This document shows, piece after piece, positions 35,501 through 49,428 of a DNA stretch of 64,000 bases. This stretch comes from Vicugna vicugna. Its lineage: Eukaryota. The position numbers were made by a program, and so were the translations under genes. The notes beneath the pieces are model-generated. The model ran no database searches, was not told the origin of the DNA, and was given only the letters and a program-made list of their open reading frames with translations. Position 1 is the first letter of the stretch. Each line of letters starts with the position of its first letter. The stretch is taken from assembly GCA_013265495.1 (NCBI GenBank), contig MU058584.1, positions 2,265,599 through 2,329,598 on the forward strand. Direction: 5' to 3'.

Positions 35501-37419
35501 TCCCCTTGCTTGGTCCACCTACTTAACAAACCAAGAAGAAAAGTTGAAAGGGCTGGAAGTCATCTGAGCTTCCTACCGAATCCCCTGGCAACACCGTGAG
35601 AGACCCTAGACCTATGGGCCCCACCTTGGTGTCCCTGAGCATCTAAAGGGCTGAGAGACAGACAGCTGGCAGTCCGAGGGTGGCTCTCACACTTGAAGTC
35701 TTCGGGGAACTTGGACTTCTCATCTGACAAAGCTATTCGAGGCCACCTGCAGCGTCCGAGAGCTTTTACCTGGACCATCTCGACTCGGGCGGTTCTCTCC
35801 TGCAAACCGGAAGCTCCGACTAGCAGCTGTCTCTAGTGCTGGTTTGCAAAATTCAGGAAATCAAATCGTTGATCATTTGCGTTTGTTGGATGGACAGACT
35901 CTTGTAAACACACACACACACACGAGGAACTTCTCCATCAAACGAGTGAGGGGGTTGAGAATTAGAATAAAAAAACCGCAGCAAGCACCACCCTAAGCTT
36001 CAAGCCACTAACATGAGATTTGGGTCCCACCTTTGCTTCGGAGGAACCAGATTAGGTCACAGTTATTTTTCAGCGGGAGCGGAGAAGTTTCTGATCGGTG
36101 GGGTGCAGTTGTGCCTGTGGGAAATGAAAGAAGCCAGAGGAAGGAAAATGGGGTGTGTGTCCTTTGGGATCTTTTGGGTGCCAGCCACCGACTCTGGCAA
36201 CTCGGTGTGCCCACCACGGACCCCGGGGCAGTCGTGTGCCTTATAAGGAGGGACTGGAGGAGTCTAAACTGTGGGCTTCTTGAAGCCAGAGCCTGCGTCT
36301 GATGATTCTTGGAAATCCCAGCACCTACCTCATTCCTGGCACCTTAGAGGCACTCGGTCAGCAATTTACGTAAGTGGACTGAGCATTCCTCAGAGGGCTC
36401 GTTTCTGGTAACATGATATATGTGTGGCTCCTTCGCTGGGGGCTGCTGCCAGCCTCCCAGGAATTCCTCCTCAGGTACCAGTCGTGTGCCAGGCTCCCCC
36501 CCCCAAACCCAGAGCTTTCATCACGGATGATGTTGACTTCCTAGGGACACACCAGGCTGTGGGTTGGGGAGGCTCTGGCTTAGTGACCGCATAGATTGGC
36601 TTGTTTAGACTTTTCAGATTCGAAAAGGCTGATTTGACAGTTTTTTTTGAAGTGGGGGTGGAAGAGGCAGCAGAGGGAAAGGCCATCTCCCAGAAGCTGA
36701 CTCTGGTCCAACTTGTAACTGGACTGTGGGGAGAAAGCACACAGAAGGAGCTGACTGCCTCACCAAGCACCGTGGACCGAGATCATCAGAGAGCACCCTC
36801 CTACATCCTGCCTCCCTCCCCTCTTTTTCATGTATTAAGAGACGCTTGAATAGATGCTCAGTGCCAGAGGCTCTGTGAGGTCAGATGGGGGATACGTAGA
36901 TATAGGACGGGTCATCGCTGCTTTTCAGGAGCTCTCAGCCTTGCTGGCAAGGCGGCAGGCATGACCTTGGGTGTCCTGAGATGCGCCTTGGCCATGGTGT
37001 AGGTGTTACTTGTCCTGGGGGTTCAGAGGCAGGGGGGTTCATTTTTAGCTCTTGTCTGGGTAGGTTTCACAGAGAAGGATTTTGAGCTGAGATTTGAAAT
37101 GGGATGGGACTGTGGTAAGTGGATTTCTCTGGCTGTGAGGGAAGAGGACAATCTATCGCAAAGCTGTCAGTAAGTGGCTCTAACCAGAATGGTCCTACTG
37201 GCAGAAAGACGTCATTGAAGAGGACCAGATTTGGGGGAAATTTTGCAGAAATTAGGAAGTCACTAGAAAGAAATTCCTTCCTTCCCTGCCTCATACGTGG
37301 TGGTTCTTCTCTTCTCCCTAGAGTATCATAACCTGAGCATCAAAGGACGTCGTGTGTGTGTGTCTGCATGTGTACGCACCCATTTAGCTGCCATTTGTGA
37401 AAGAGTCAGAATCCTAATG

Positions 37420-37620
37420 TTGTAGCAGAGAATAAAGTGTCTAAGAGTTAAAGACCCAGGTTCTAGTCGTGGCTTGTCCCATTTGCTTTGCTTTGGGGAA
37501 GATCACTTTGCCTGAGTTGTCCTCAGCTATCTGCTGTCTGAGTCTGGAAGATTACTTCCCATTGTATGAGGTGATGCAGTTCATTGCGTGCAAGTACTTT
37601 CTGCATAAATGCAAGATGTC
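37420..37620 (+). mobile_element. MIR/MIR3 SINE
   Basis: AGAGTTAAAGACCCAGGTTCTAGTC...TTTGGGGAAGATCACTT...CCTGAGTTGTCCTCA...TTGTATGAGG. Confidence 0.5.
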
Positions 37621-40600
37621 ACTGGGAGATTTTCAGGAGGCAAGCACGTTGCTCTATTTCTAAGAATGCAAGGATGACCTGCATTCTGTCCCATACTTCT
37701 GTCCAAAGTTCTGACCCACTGGGAGAAGGCAGGGCAGGGTTGGGGCGGAGGGTGGGAGAGCATCCCTGACCTAACTCTCCTGGTCATGCATAGTGAAGAC
37801 CAGCTGGCGGACAGTGGAGGTTAAGCCTGTGCCTTCAGATCAAGCCAAGAGATTGGCCAGCAAGTGGGCGGGCTCCCTCCCATCCTGGGGAGAACGCCTC
37901 ATGCCCTTCCCCAGACCCCCTGTGTTGGCTGTCTATCATCTCATCCATCTCTCAGCCCAGCTTTGGGCCCCTGGACTATCGTCCAGATCAGAAGACAGCC
38001 CTCTCTATAGAGCTGCCCTCCTCCCCTGCTGCCCGCCCCACCCATGGAGGGATGAATCCAACAGGGGCATTTGCCCCCAGCGCTGAGATAACCTGGGGCC
38101 TGGAGACGGCGGGGCCCTCCCAGCCGCACCAGTCCTTGGTGAAGAAAGAGTGCCCTCTAGTGGGCACTGTGTGGAGCTGCTCCGGATCCATGTCACAGCT
38201 CAGCCAAGGACAAAACAACCCTCCCGCTGCCCTGCTGCCGAGGATCTTGAATATGCCTTTGGGTTTGGTTTGTTTTTCTCCTGTGTGAAGAAAAATAAAG
38301 AAAGAACAGCAGGAGGCTGGTTGGGAGAGCGACTCCCACAGTGCTGTGACAGCCCCCTTATCTTGAGAGTCACCAAGAGAATTAACCCCGGGGCCAGTGT
38401 TGGCAGCAAGGTGGACGTGACATCCTTTTCAAAGGGCGTGTGACAATTTCTGTATAAATCACTTACCTGTCTTGACCTGTCTCTTACATGAGAGGGTAGA
38501 TCTGGGAGAAGGGAACTCTTTTTTAAGAATGATTACCGAAAGGGTTAAATATCCTGTAGGGGAGACCCTCTCCGGGTGATGGCATTTTTGGCAGCAGAAG
38601 GACACAGACCTGACCATTAAAACCCTGTATTCACTGGCATAAATGGGAGATTTTTCTCTTGAAACCCTGTTTTAGTAAAAGCTGTTGGGCCAGGGAGCAG
38701 AGAGGGGAGGGGGCGGGGGAGGACGCAGGGCGCTCATCAGGGGAGCCGGAACCTGATCATATGTGATGGTTGCTGGATTAGGTAACAGCTCCGCCGGTTG
38801 AAATTGGATCTTGGAGGACGAGTGTTAACATCTCTGGTGTCCTGGCGAAAGGTTCATCTGAGACTTGCATGGTGCCACGGAGATAAAAAGGAGCTTTTAA
38901 ATAATCATTTTGTCTCCTACTTGCCAGAGTGCTGGCTTCAAGCAGTAAATGGGTAGCATCACTTCTGCTTAGACGTACCGGCCTTTTCATTTATTTATTT
39001 AATGTTGGTGAGATTTTTTTTTTTTAATTCATGAGCTGAACAGTTTTCGTATCAGTGATTCCCAACACCCGTTTTTATGGTGGTACGTTCGCATCCTGCT
39101 CCTTCTGGGCAGAAATCTGCACTTGTAGTGTTGTTTATTGATCCATCCGTACCTCCTCCCGGCACACAGACGCCGCCCGAGACCATCAGAACCAGAACCT
39201 TCTATGTAAAATAGTGGAAGAAGAAGGTTTTCTCTTGTTCATCTTGTGTATGTTTGTGTATATACGTAATCATTGTGGTGGTTCTGACACATACTCTGAA
39301 ATTTCTCAGTCCTTCATGATTTGAGTATAAACGGTGTAATTAGGAGAGGTCGGTTAGGTTTTCTTGTTTTCCCCCATTATTCTGTTCTTTTATTTTCTTC
39401 AGCTCTCTAATTTGGGATCTGTGTGTGTGTCCTGAACTCTGAGCATAAATGCAGGGAACACTGATGTTACAGTGCGTTGTGTTTTTACCATACCAATCTC
39501 TTCTTGGCCATATTAGGAAACCAATTATATTGAATGTTAGTGAACCCAAATTTCTTTTTAAAGAGTATTTGTTAACAGGACTCATAAATTGATACAAAAG
39601 CTAAGCGATGCGATAACACCTTTACTGTGTATGTGTTTTCCCCTCCAACTACATGTACCTTTCATACCTGAGCGGGGGGTAAAAGAGTCAGGACGGATTA
39701 GTGCTTTACCATCTGTGGTCGTCCTGGACCATCCATGGTGGGAAGGGAGCTGCAGCCTGTTTTTTCAGTGTCCTCGGCCAGCTTTGGCAATTTCCTTTCT
39801 TACGTCGTTTAAAACCAGTTAGATTTCAAGACCAAGGAATATATTAATCAGGTAGGCGTGCAGAGTTGGTGTGGACAGTTTGTGCTGCCCGTTGATTGAA
39901 AAAAAAAAAGTGGGGCATGGGTGCACGTAAGAGGGGCTAGAAAGTTAAAATATTCTCTGAGGTCAATGCTGGGCATATGGGAAATAGTAGCCGTAACACG
40001 CCCACCCAGCCCCCTGCCTCGTCCCTGGAGGAACTCGTCCCAGCACTTCGGCCTGTGCATGCCTGTCTCTTTGTCTCTCTTCCTCCTCCCATAACTAGTT
40101 GAGCTTTGCTAGGGGACTAAGCTAATGGGGTGAGCGAGACCGTCTTAGGCACAAGTGCTGTCTGAGGACCGTCACTATCACCTCAGGTAAGGCGGCGTGT
40201 CCGCAGCCCTGGGAAGGCGCGTCCTCACCACTGGGATGGCGTTACTCTTGTTTGCTTTGTGACCATTGTTGAGACCAGAAACTATGACAGCATCTGTCAG
40301 TGCTGGATCGCACGCAGGAAGGATGGGTCCTGGAGTGCCGAGGGGACGCACTGGGGGCATCATTGCCCAGCTCGGATGTCACCAGCCTCAGTCAGCATCT
40401 TGTGGGGGCGGGGGATGTTCCTACCAGCTGACCTAGAATTTGCAGCCTCTTCTGGAGTAGACCGGCCATGAGATTCCAGAGAGTGGATTAGAGAAAAGTT
40501 TGCCCCAGCACCATTTTTTTTTATGACCAAGCTAAAGTGTAACAATTACAGAATGGCTCAGAGGTGATTTTTTTTTTCATTTTTCAATGGCTCCTAGATA

Positions 40601-42369
40601 TTTTTGTTGATAAAGCAATTACAATTTGTTCAATAAAATGCACTGGGGAAACACCCATAAACCCCACACACTAATGCCCTCACCTGAGAATTCACTGGGC
40701 TGGACAGGGGAGGAGGGCGAGGCTTGCCGGGCAGGGGTGGGGGCTGGAGGGGTCGTGGTGACATTCTTTTCCACACCTTTAGGGACAGGTAAGCAGGAAA
40801 TGGTTACAGCATTCAGTTTCTTTCTGAAGGAAACCTTTGTTAGTGGTGATACGTTCTTCAGAGGACTTTGGAGATTTGAGTAAATAAATTCAAAGAACTG
40901 AACAACATGACTCAATCTTTGTTATTCAGTGATCAAAGGGACAATTTCCCATGTAGTCTCCAGAGCCTACAAAAGGGTTTCACTGGGAAAAGGTCCACAA
41001 AGTAAACCTCCGCCGTCCCCTAGCCTATGGCATCACCAGTGTCGCGGTTTTATCTGAGTGCAGCAGAGTATGAACAATTCAGTTGTGAGAGGAGAGCCCG
41101 GGTCCTGAAGTGCTGGCTGTCCGTGTGTCGGGATGGACCTCCTTCCTTCCACCCCAGCTCACTGCCTTCCCCACATGCTCCCTTCCCTCCTCCCGTCCTG
41201 TCTCACTTCATCAAAGGGCACGCGTCCCTACCCTGTGCCTTCAGTCCTCTGCTCCTGACTGCCATGCCTGGTCCACGGGCCTTGAACTTCCACTTGACCG
41301 TCTCGTGTTTCACGAAAGCAATGCTGCCGTCTTCCTTTTAGCACAGGAGTCGGGATTTCCTGCAAAACAACTTTCAAGGTTCGTTCTTGTCATGCCTGTT
41401 AGAAGCCAGGAGCATGTGGGCACAGCCAGCAGTCACGCTGGTATTATACATGATGGGCTGCCCCGAACATCTACATGCCCCCTCGCACTGAGCTCAGATC
41501 CACCTTCCCTGTCACAACCCCGTGGGGCTGCCTTGCTAGGACTCGGGAGACACTGCACCTGGCACTGTCCCCGTGGGGCTCACTAGACGCGCCCTGGCTG
41601 GAAACAGCTCTGGGCTCTCTGATGGTCCGCGGTGCTCGGCCACATAGACCTTGCCATCTCCGTCCCCAAACTGTGAACACGTGTGGGGCGCCTTCTCCTC
41701 TGCCTTCAATCACGTCCTTCCTTTCCTATCTTAGCCCCAATTTTTTTTCATTGAAAAGTCTTTTCGTGTTCTCTCTCAACAGACTTGGCTGCCGACAACT
41801 AAACTGGGTTTAGATGAGTAATTTATTTTATGGCAGGTTGTATGAAGGTAGTAAAAAAAGAGGCTGCCTGGCTCTTCTGCTGATTTACTAAATCACTTGA
41901 TCTCTTTCGGTCCAAATCACACCCCCACCCCCTGCAAATGGTCACGATGTTTTAATAAAAAGCAGCCTCTCGCAGATCTGAGCCTCCTCCATCCTACCAG
42001 AACACCTGCTTCTCTGAATCCCTGAGACAGCTTGTGAAAAGGACCTCACCCTTGTTTCTACCAGGACAGAGTCCTCATCCCCCGGAACAAATAGATCTCA
42101 GTTTGGGGAGATGGTCAGCCCTCATCCAGAGGAAAGGTCTTAAGACGCCACCCTAGAGGGGCTGGATTTGCTTGGCTTAGGTTATTTTGGAAATGAAACT
42201 TGAGGCTGATCGAATATTACAAAGTCAATGAGTGTAAAACCACAAACTCACAGAAATCTAAAATTAGAAATGAAGAAGGAAATGCTTTTCCATGAATTAA
42301 AATTTGGCAGTTAGGGAATGAGAGTGAAAATTATATTCTGTTATAATTAATTTTTTTAGCGTTTTGAAA

Positions 42370-42762
42370 TTTCTTTCATTATGGTAAAATATACATAACA
42401 TGAAATTGACCATTTTAACTATTTTTTTTTTAAACAATGTCAAGTCCCCGAGCTGCACCACTCACTATTCAGAGTAATTCACTTGCAGGTCTGGATCGTG
42501 TCTGTGAGCCTGTGGGCTGTCCCATCCCGCAGCCACGGGGGTGGTGGGTATCTCCCATTTTAACTGTTTTTAAGTGAACAGTTCAGTGGCATTAAGTACC
42601 TTAAGTACATTCACATTCTTCAACCGTCACCACCACCCATCTCAGAAACCCTTTCATCTTCCCCAAATGAAACTCTGTACCCATTAATCACTAACTCCCT
42701 GCCCCCCCTTGGTCTACTTTCTGCCTCCGTCTTTTGGGTCATTCTAGGCACCTCATGAATGG
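42370..42762 (-). mobile_element. Old L1 (L1MB-like) 3' end, split by a retroposed insertion
   Basis: GGTAAAATATACATAACATGAAATTGACCATTTTAAC // TTTTTAAGTGAACAGTTCAGTGGCATTAAGTAC...GAAACTCTGTACCCATTAA matches the recalled L1MB 3' terminus on both sides of the insert. Confidence 0.85.
42422..42554 (-). pseudogene. L1-mobilised retrocopy of an unidentified short RNA (possible H/ACA snoRNA)
   Basis: A ~123-nt body plus a 10-nt poly(A) on the - strand. TSDs are CCATTTTAACT(A/G)TTTTT at 42410-42426 and 42555-42571, with a TT/AAAA target. The body ends ...GACATTGTTT-polyA. Confidence 0.6.
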
Positions 42763-42936
42763 CGTGCAGTTAATTCTGAGAAGAAAGCAAATCTCTCCTT
42801 GCATCTTCTCCGCCTCCCATTCCTCTCTTTTCCCCACCCTGTGCCCATTCCTCAGATGCCATATTGCAAGTAATTTGAGACGTTATTGGTGAAGGGACAC
42901 CACTAAGGTTTGGGCTTTCCTCCCTGTTGTTTCTAA

Positions 42937-43560
<624 letters not shown>

Positions 43561-45184
43561 GTCATGGGCAGAGTCACCCCCTGGTGTGGGGGTGGGGGGC
43601 AAGGAGGCAGTTCCTCTGGCCCTTGTTTGCTTGTTACTTAGGAAGACCCCTCATTATCCTGGTGCTCATGGAAGCCTATGGGAATGGATGCTAAAACTTG
43701 GCCTTAATGTCCCTTGCTTTACCCAGATTCAGTTCTCATGGGAGTCAAACATGTTCAGCTTCCAATATGATACACACTTCAAGCCATAAAAAGAGCGGGG
43801 GGTCTCAGTGGACCCCTGGAGTCAGACAAAGTTGTATTCCAACCCTGACTCTCCACTGATGGTCAGTGGGATCTAGTGGTCCACACACTCTACCCCCAAA
43901 GCTGGTGGTATTTGGCAAAGAGCTGTGGATTTGGAGTCTAGGATATCACTGAGTCATAAAAATCGTATGAAAGAAAGGCGTTAAGTCATGAAACAGTGTG
44001 TAAATACATAAATGTTGTACGGGATTCTAATTACAACAGTGCTCATCTCTACTGGAGACCCTCCCCCCCACCACACCCACATACATGAATTTAAGTATCA
44101 ATTTTGTTTCCTCTGGTCAGTGTGAGCAGCACTATTTCATTAGGAGTCTCTTAAAGTCAGCCTTTCCTCCCATCATTTAGCTGACAGATATGTTTGTTGT
44201 CATCTCTTTGGATGCAACATTGTCCTGAAGTCCTAAGTTAACTTCCTCTCATTGAACTGTTAGGTTTCTAGCTTTCTTTTCTAAGAGTCACCAAAGAAAA
44301 GGGAGAAATAACAAAAGATTGACGATCCTCTGCAGTCCACTTCTGACTGTCTAGGTAGAAGGCAAATGCAAACTTAATAGAAAATTTAAATTTTAAAATA
44401 GAAATAGGCATTTTAAAATTTAAAGTGAAGAAAGTTTCATTATTGCACTCCTGTCCACCTTTGAAATGGATTTCAACAAAGTCCCTTCTTTTATGAGTGG
44501 GAAAAAAAAAAATGCGGTGATGCCTGGAGCCAAGCATGGTGAATTTCAGCCCTCACGCGGGTGTAGGCAAACATCTGTGGTAAGAGCTTGTGAATCATCA
44601 CCCTCCACCTTCTCAGGAAAGAACACATCTTCTTATCATGGTGTAGTCTCGTGTACGTATTTCCCCCGTTCCCGGGAGAGGCTGAGCTCAGATCAGCCAG
44701 CTGGTCCATGACAGTCCCCTGCCCCACCCACCCACTTCAGACCATCACGTTAGTGCTCAGAGTCTGCCCTGACCAACGGGATGACTCGGGAAGACACATG
44801 GGGACATTTCTTCTAAAGGTCTCTAGCTGGTCTCGGGTTCTTTCTTCTCTGTGCTTTTCCTATTTCACCTTGATCTCTGGCATAACAGTCCATCTAGACC
44901 TGTCATCCAGGTTAACTCATGCCAAACTCCAGGGACACAAGAAGAGTGTGGCTTCCCTACCCAAATTCCTAACTGGAATGGAGGTTAGGCTGGACGGTGT
45001 TAAAAACTGGCATTAGTCTTAGCTCAGGTTGCCAGCTATATAGAAGAATGGACTATTTTCTTGATGTAACCCCCCTTGTCACTCTTCCATCCTCATTCAA
45101 AACGAGTTAAAAAAATGGCCAGCATAACTGCACGTGCTCCTCAAGGTAATTTTATGATTGGGTCCCCTAAAATTCGTCATCGTC

Positions 45185-45330
45185 TCCATAAAGTCATCGT
45201 CTCCGTATTCATACAGGCGAGGAAATGGAGGTTAGAGAGGTTCGGTGATGTATTTGGGTCACATCTATCCAAAGAGGGATAGAGTTTGCCCTGGAATGCA
45301 GTTTTTGACCCTTAGCCCAAAGGCTCTTAT
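45185..45330 (-). mobile_element. MIR SINE
   Basis: ATACAGGCGAGGAAATGGAGGTTAGAGAGGTTCGGTGATGTATTTGGGTCACA. Confidence 0.55.
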
Positions 45331-47584
45331 TGGAACAACACGCAGTTCCGCTTGATGTGAGGAGGGCGTGGACTTCTGTGGACAGTGAAGTGACCAGCTC
45401 GTCCTCTCTCTTACTTCCGTGTACTAGACTGATGCTAAGAGAGGCTCGGGATAAAAATACTCTCCTTCAGAAACTTCTTATGAATATCCATTTCATCTAA
45501 ATAATAAAGCTCTTGGAAATAGGGAACTTAGGGAAAAACTCCATCAGTACAGAGCAAATTAGGCGAATGTAGAGTATAGTAGTATTTATTCTTCTTAAAA
45601 AGTTCCTTATTTCTATGGATATTTTCTGGGTAAGAACTGAACTGTATTTACGGGTATTGGGTATTACTGCTTAATACACTCTGTGTGCTTAATAATTTAT
45701 TAATATTAGTTGTATTGTTAATTAGAGTAACGAGCAGATTGTGGGGAAATTATGCCATTAACCTTCCAGCTAGTATGTCTGAGACATAGATCTTCTTTGT
45801 TTTGTCTGTAACCATTCCTCCTGGGAACTTTTTTTTTTTTTTTAAATAAGAAACCTTAGTAAAGTAAAAATGTCACTGTCTGTTTTAATAGCACCTAGGT
45901 GAAGTTACCAAATCGACTATTTAAAAGCTGGGTTTGTTTTGCTGTGTTTTTAGTTTGGTGCTGGCGGGTAACCAGAGGATCAGTTAGCTTTCCGGTAATT
46001 AGCTGCCGTAGTCCTCCTCACCCCCTAGCCCTCCCCAAAATAAACTACCTGAATCAGGCATTGTTTCGCCCTGAGGTTATTAGATAAAGTAGGTTTCGAG
46101 AGACTTTCATTAGAAAGAAAGGAAGGAAATTGTTGTCTTTCATTAAATGAGGCTGGTAAAACACTTTTCCAGCAGACCACGCTGGTAGCTAAGGTATTTA
46201 AAAGCTGGCATTTTCTAATAGATAAAACGATGATGTCAGAAAGCTGAATTTTGTTCCAAGTGCTATTCAAAAAAAAAAAAATGATGTTCTGGAAGCTTTG
46301 CAGAGTTCTTCAGTTTTTGTAAATAATGCTGGCAGGGCCTTGGCAGGGCTCAGTGTCTAGGACTGAACCAGGTGGGTTAGGTCCATTTTAAGCTAAGAGG
46401 GTCCTAGAATCCCAGTTGTTGAGATGGGCGGCCAGATCCAGTTTGGAGGAATTAGAGAGGAAGACGGGCTGAAGAGGGTGCCGGAAGGAAGCTTAAACTC
46501 TAGGATCAAATGACATCAACTCAAGCAAGATTTTCTAAGAGAGCATCTCGTAGGCAGCTGCTCCCAGAAGTGCCCTTCGCCCTGGCACCTGGGACAGCTC
46601 CTTTCAGAACGCATCCACTCTCTGGGGGCAGCTGGAGGGGTCGCTCTAGAAGGGTGACTGCTTTGAGGACAGTCTGCAGCAGTGTCTCCTCGGGCACGGA
46701 AACCCTCAGCCCGCGAGGGTGCTGTTTCATTCACGATCGCGACCCCCACCCTTCCCGTTACATCGGGAGGGCCTGACCTCCTGGAGAGGTGCCGAGCTTG
46801 GGGGAGCTGAGGAGGAGGCATGGGTGGCTCAGGTCCTGGAGAAATCTGGACCCTTCTGTCCTGTCTGTCTAAAATGGACTTGGAACTCCTCTCTGCTGTC
46901 TGTTGTGTGTTCCCAAGCAGCTGTTCAGCAGCTGCCCTGCTCCACCTCAGCAGTGGGTGGAAAGACAGCCCTGTCTGTTTCTGGCAGGACAGAAAGGGGG
47001 CCCGGGATCGAATGCCCTGGATAAACATCAGATATTGCGAGCATTTTTATTCACCTCAATAAAGCATGTTCTTACGAGCCTAGCTCTGTGCTTCCCTGTG
47101 GAGAGCAAGTCCACTGGGCAATTCCTCCTTCATATCCAGCCCCGCCCCCCCTTTAAGCCCCTACCAAGTGGGGAGGCTGCAGCCCAGAGTGGGGTGCAGT
47201 GTTTCCCCACAAAGCAGGTTGGGACGCTTGCAGCCGGCCTCACCCTCCACTTCCCACCCCGTGGTTTCAAAGAATCCCAGCCAATTCGCTGCCTGGTTTT
47301 ATTTCCCTCCCTTTGTTATACAGATTGGTTGGGGTGGGGAGGGGTAGCAGTTGAGTTTGGGGAGGGAAGATGCTTGTAAAAGGATCTTGTGTTTAGATAG
47401 TAATTTTCTTAGTGCTAATGCTCCATGGACCTGATCTTCCGTGGACTTGTCTTTGGTACCTGCCTGCAAAGTAGAAGGTATTTGAGACCCCCTTTCTTTT
47501 CGCCACGAGGGACACTGAAACCTGGACAAGTTGGCCCAATCTTGATCACATGCTGGGTTTCTAAGTTATCTACATATTGAAGAG

Positions 47585-47790
47585 GTAATAAGGACACACT
47601 TTACATGACCAGACACATAGGTAGTAACTCATGTAATTCTCACCACACCCTTGAAGGTGGGTACTGTCGTCCCCATTTCACACATAAGAAAGACGAGATT
47701 CAGGGATCTTGTGTAATTAACCAAGGTCGCGCAGCTAAGCGAGTTCTGGAGCCAGGATCTGAATGCAGGCAATCTGTGGTCTTGCCCCAC
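47585..47790 (-). mobile_element. MIR SINE
   Basis: TAATTCTCACCACACCCTTGAAGGTGGGTACTGTCGTCCCCATTTCACACATAAGAAAGACGAG...CCAAGGTCGCGCAGCTAAG...GAGCCAGGATCTGAATGCAGGCAATCTG. Confidence 0.75.
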
Positions 47791-48359
47791 TGCTTTGTTC
47801 ATGTGAGTGATTTACTCCATCCGCAGGTCACTGCACAAGAGCATGGGGACCGCAGCCTTGCTGACGGGTGAGGAATGATTAAATCCACTCTCGGATGAGT
47901 AAAATGGAGCACTGATTAGTGAAAGGATTTGCCCACATTCTCACGGAGGCGCGGTTGAAAACCAGGCTTCCCAGCTCCCATGCTGACAGCCCCGGTGGAT
48001 GTGTCTGCCTGTGTGTCTTTGGCCAACCAACCTGGCAGGATTCTCTGGAGAAATGAAGAGTAAATGTGTTACTGTTACTGTGTAACTGACAGATACGAAG
48101 GGCTTTGTGCTGGGAAAGCCATGGCACCGCAGCGCTGTCATTAGTGAGCGTGTTTCTGCTATTAATACTGAGCTGGCCCCTTGAAGTCCTCAGCTCTTCC
48201 ACTCTTAAAGCATCAACTTGCCTTTTGTTACAAATCTTAGACAGTCTTACAACATTGCTTTGAGTTCACCTGGGAATAGATACTTTATTGAAGGCTCACT
48301 AAGAAAACCAGAGCACAGGTGATAAGTAATAGTAACTCAGAGACGGGCAGCGATGTTCA

Positions 48360-48510
48360 GAGGAGCAAGCTCAGAGTCTGGGAAAGTCAGACGCCCCAGC
48401 CTGGAGTAGGGAGAGGCCGAGTCCTGCCTCGGCCACTGGTTTTGCTGTGTGCCTTCGTCTCCCGGGGCCTCGGTTTTCCCAGCTGTAAAATAAGGAGGTG
48501 GGGAAAATGA
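48360..48510 (+). mobile_element. MIR SINE fragment
   Basis: CTGCCTCGGCCACT...GCTGTGTGCCTT...GGGCCTCGGTTTTCCCAGCTGTAAAATAAGGA. Confidence 0.55.
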
Positions 48511-49098
48511 TGTCCAGTTTCCCTTCCGGCGCTGGTGGTAGGTTGGGCTGTAACCTGAGAGATTTCCTTTCTACAGGGATAACTCCTGATCCTCTCAGTC
48601 ACATTTGATGCTGTTTCTATACGGATTCCCTTTGTCTTGTAGACACGGTGGATTTTCAGAAGGCCCGCCCTAGGGGCTGCTAGGAGAGAGTTGGTAGAAT
48701 AAAACTAGAGGTGGAAATAGATTTTTGAGAAATCTCCCAGGAAGAGTTTATCAGAGCTTTTAATTCTGTGATCCCACTCTTTGGGCTGCTTGCACATCCC
48801 CCAAACTGAATATTTGGGAACCCTAATGTGTCACAGACAATCAGCAAGATAGAAAGTTCTTGCTGTATTTGACCTCAAACTCTCTTTGGCTGTTAACGTT
48901 GCAGTAAAGGGTTGTGGAGTGTGTTTTATGCTGGTATCCGTGTTCTCATCTTTCACAGTAGTAAAATCATGAAAAAAATTGGTTTTGAAAAATGATTAAG
49001 AATTCTCTTTTCCCTTAAAAAAAAAAAATCACATCATGGCCGAAAATTATAGCCCAACGAGGGATTTCCAGGCAGTCACTGATTTGTTTCTGATTTGA

Positions 49099-49428
<330 letters not shown>

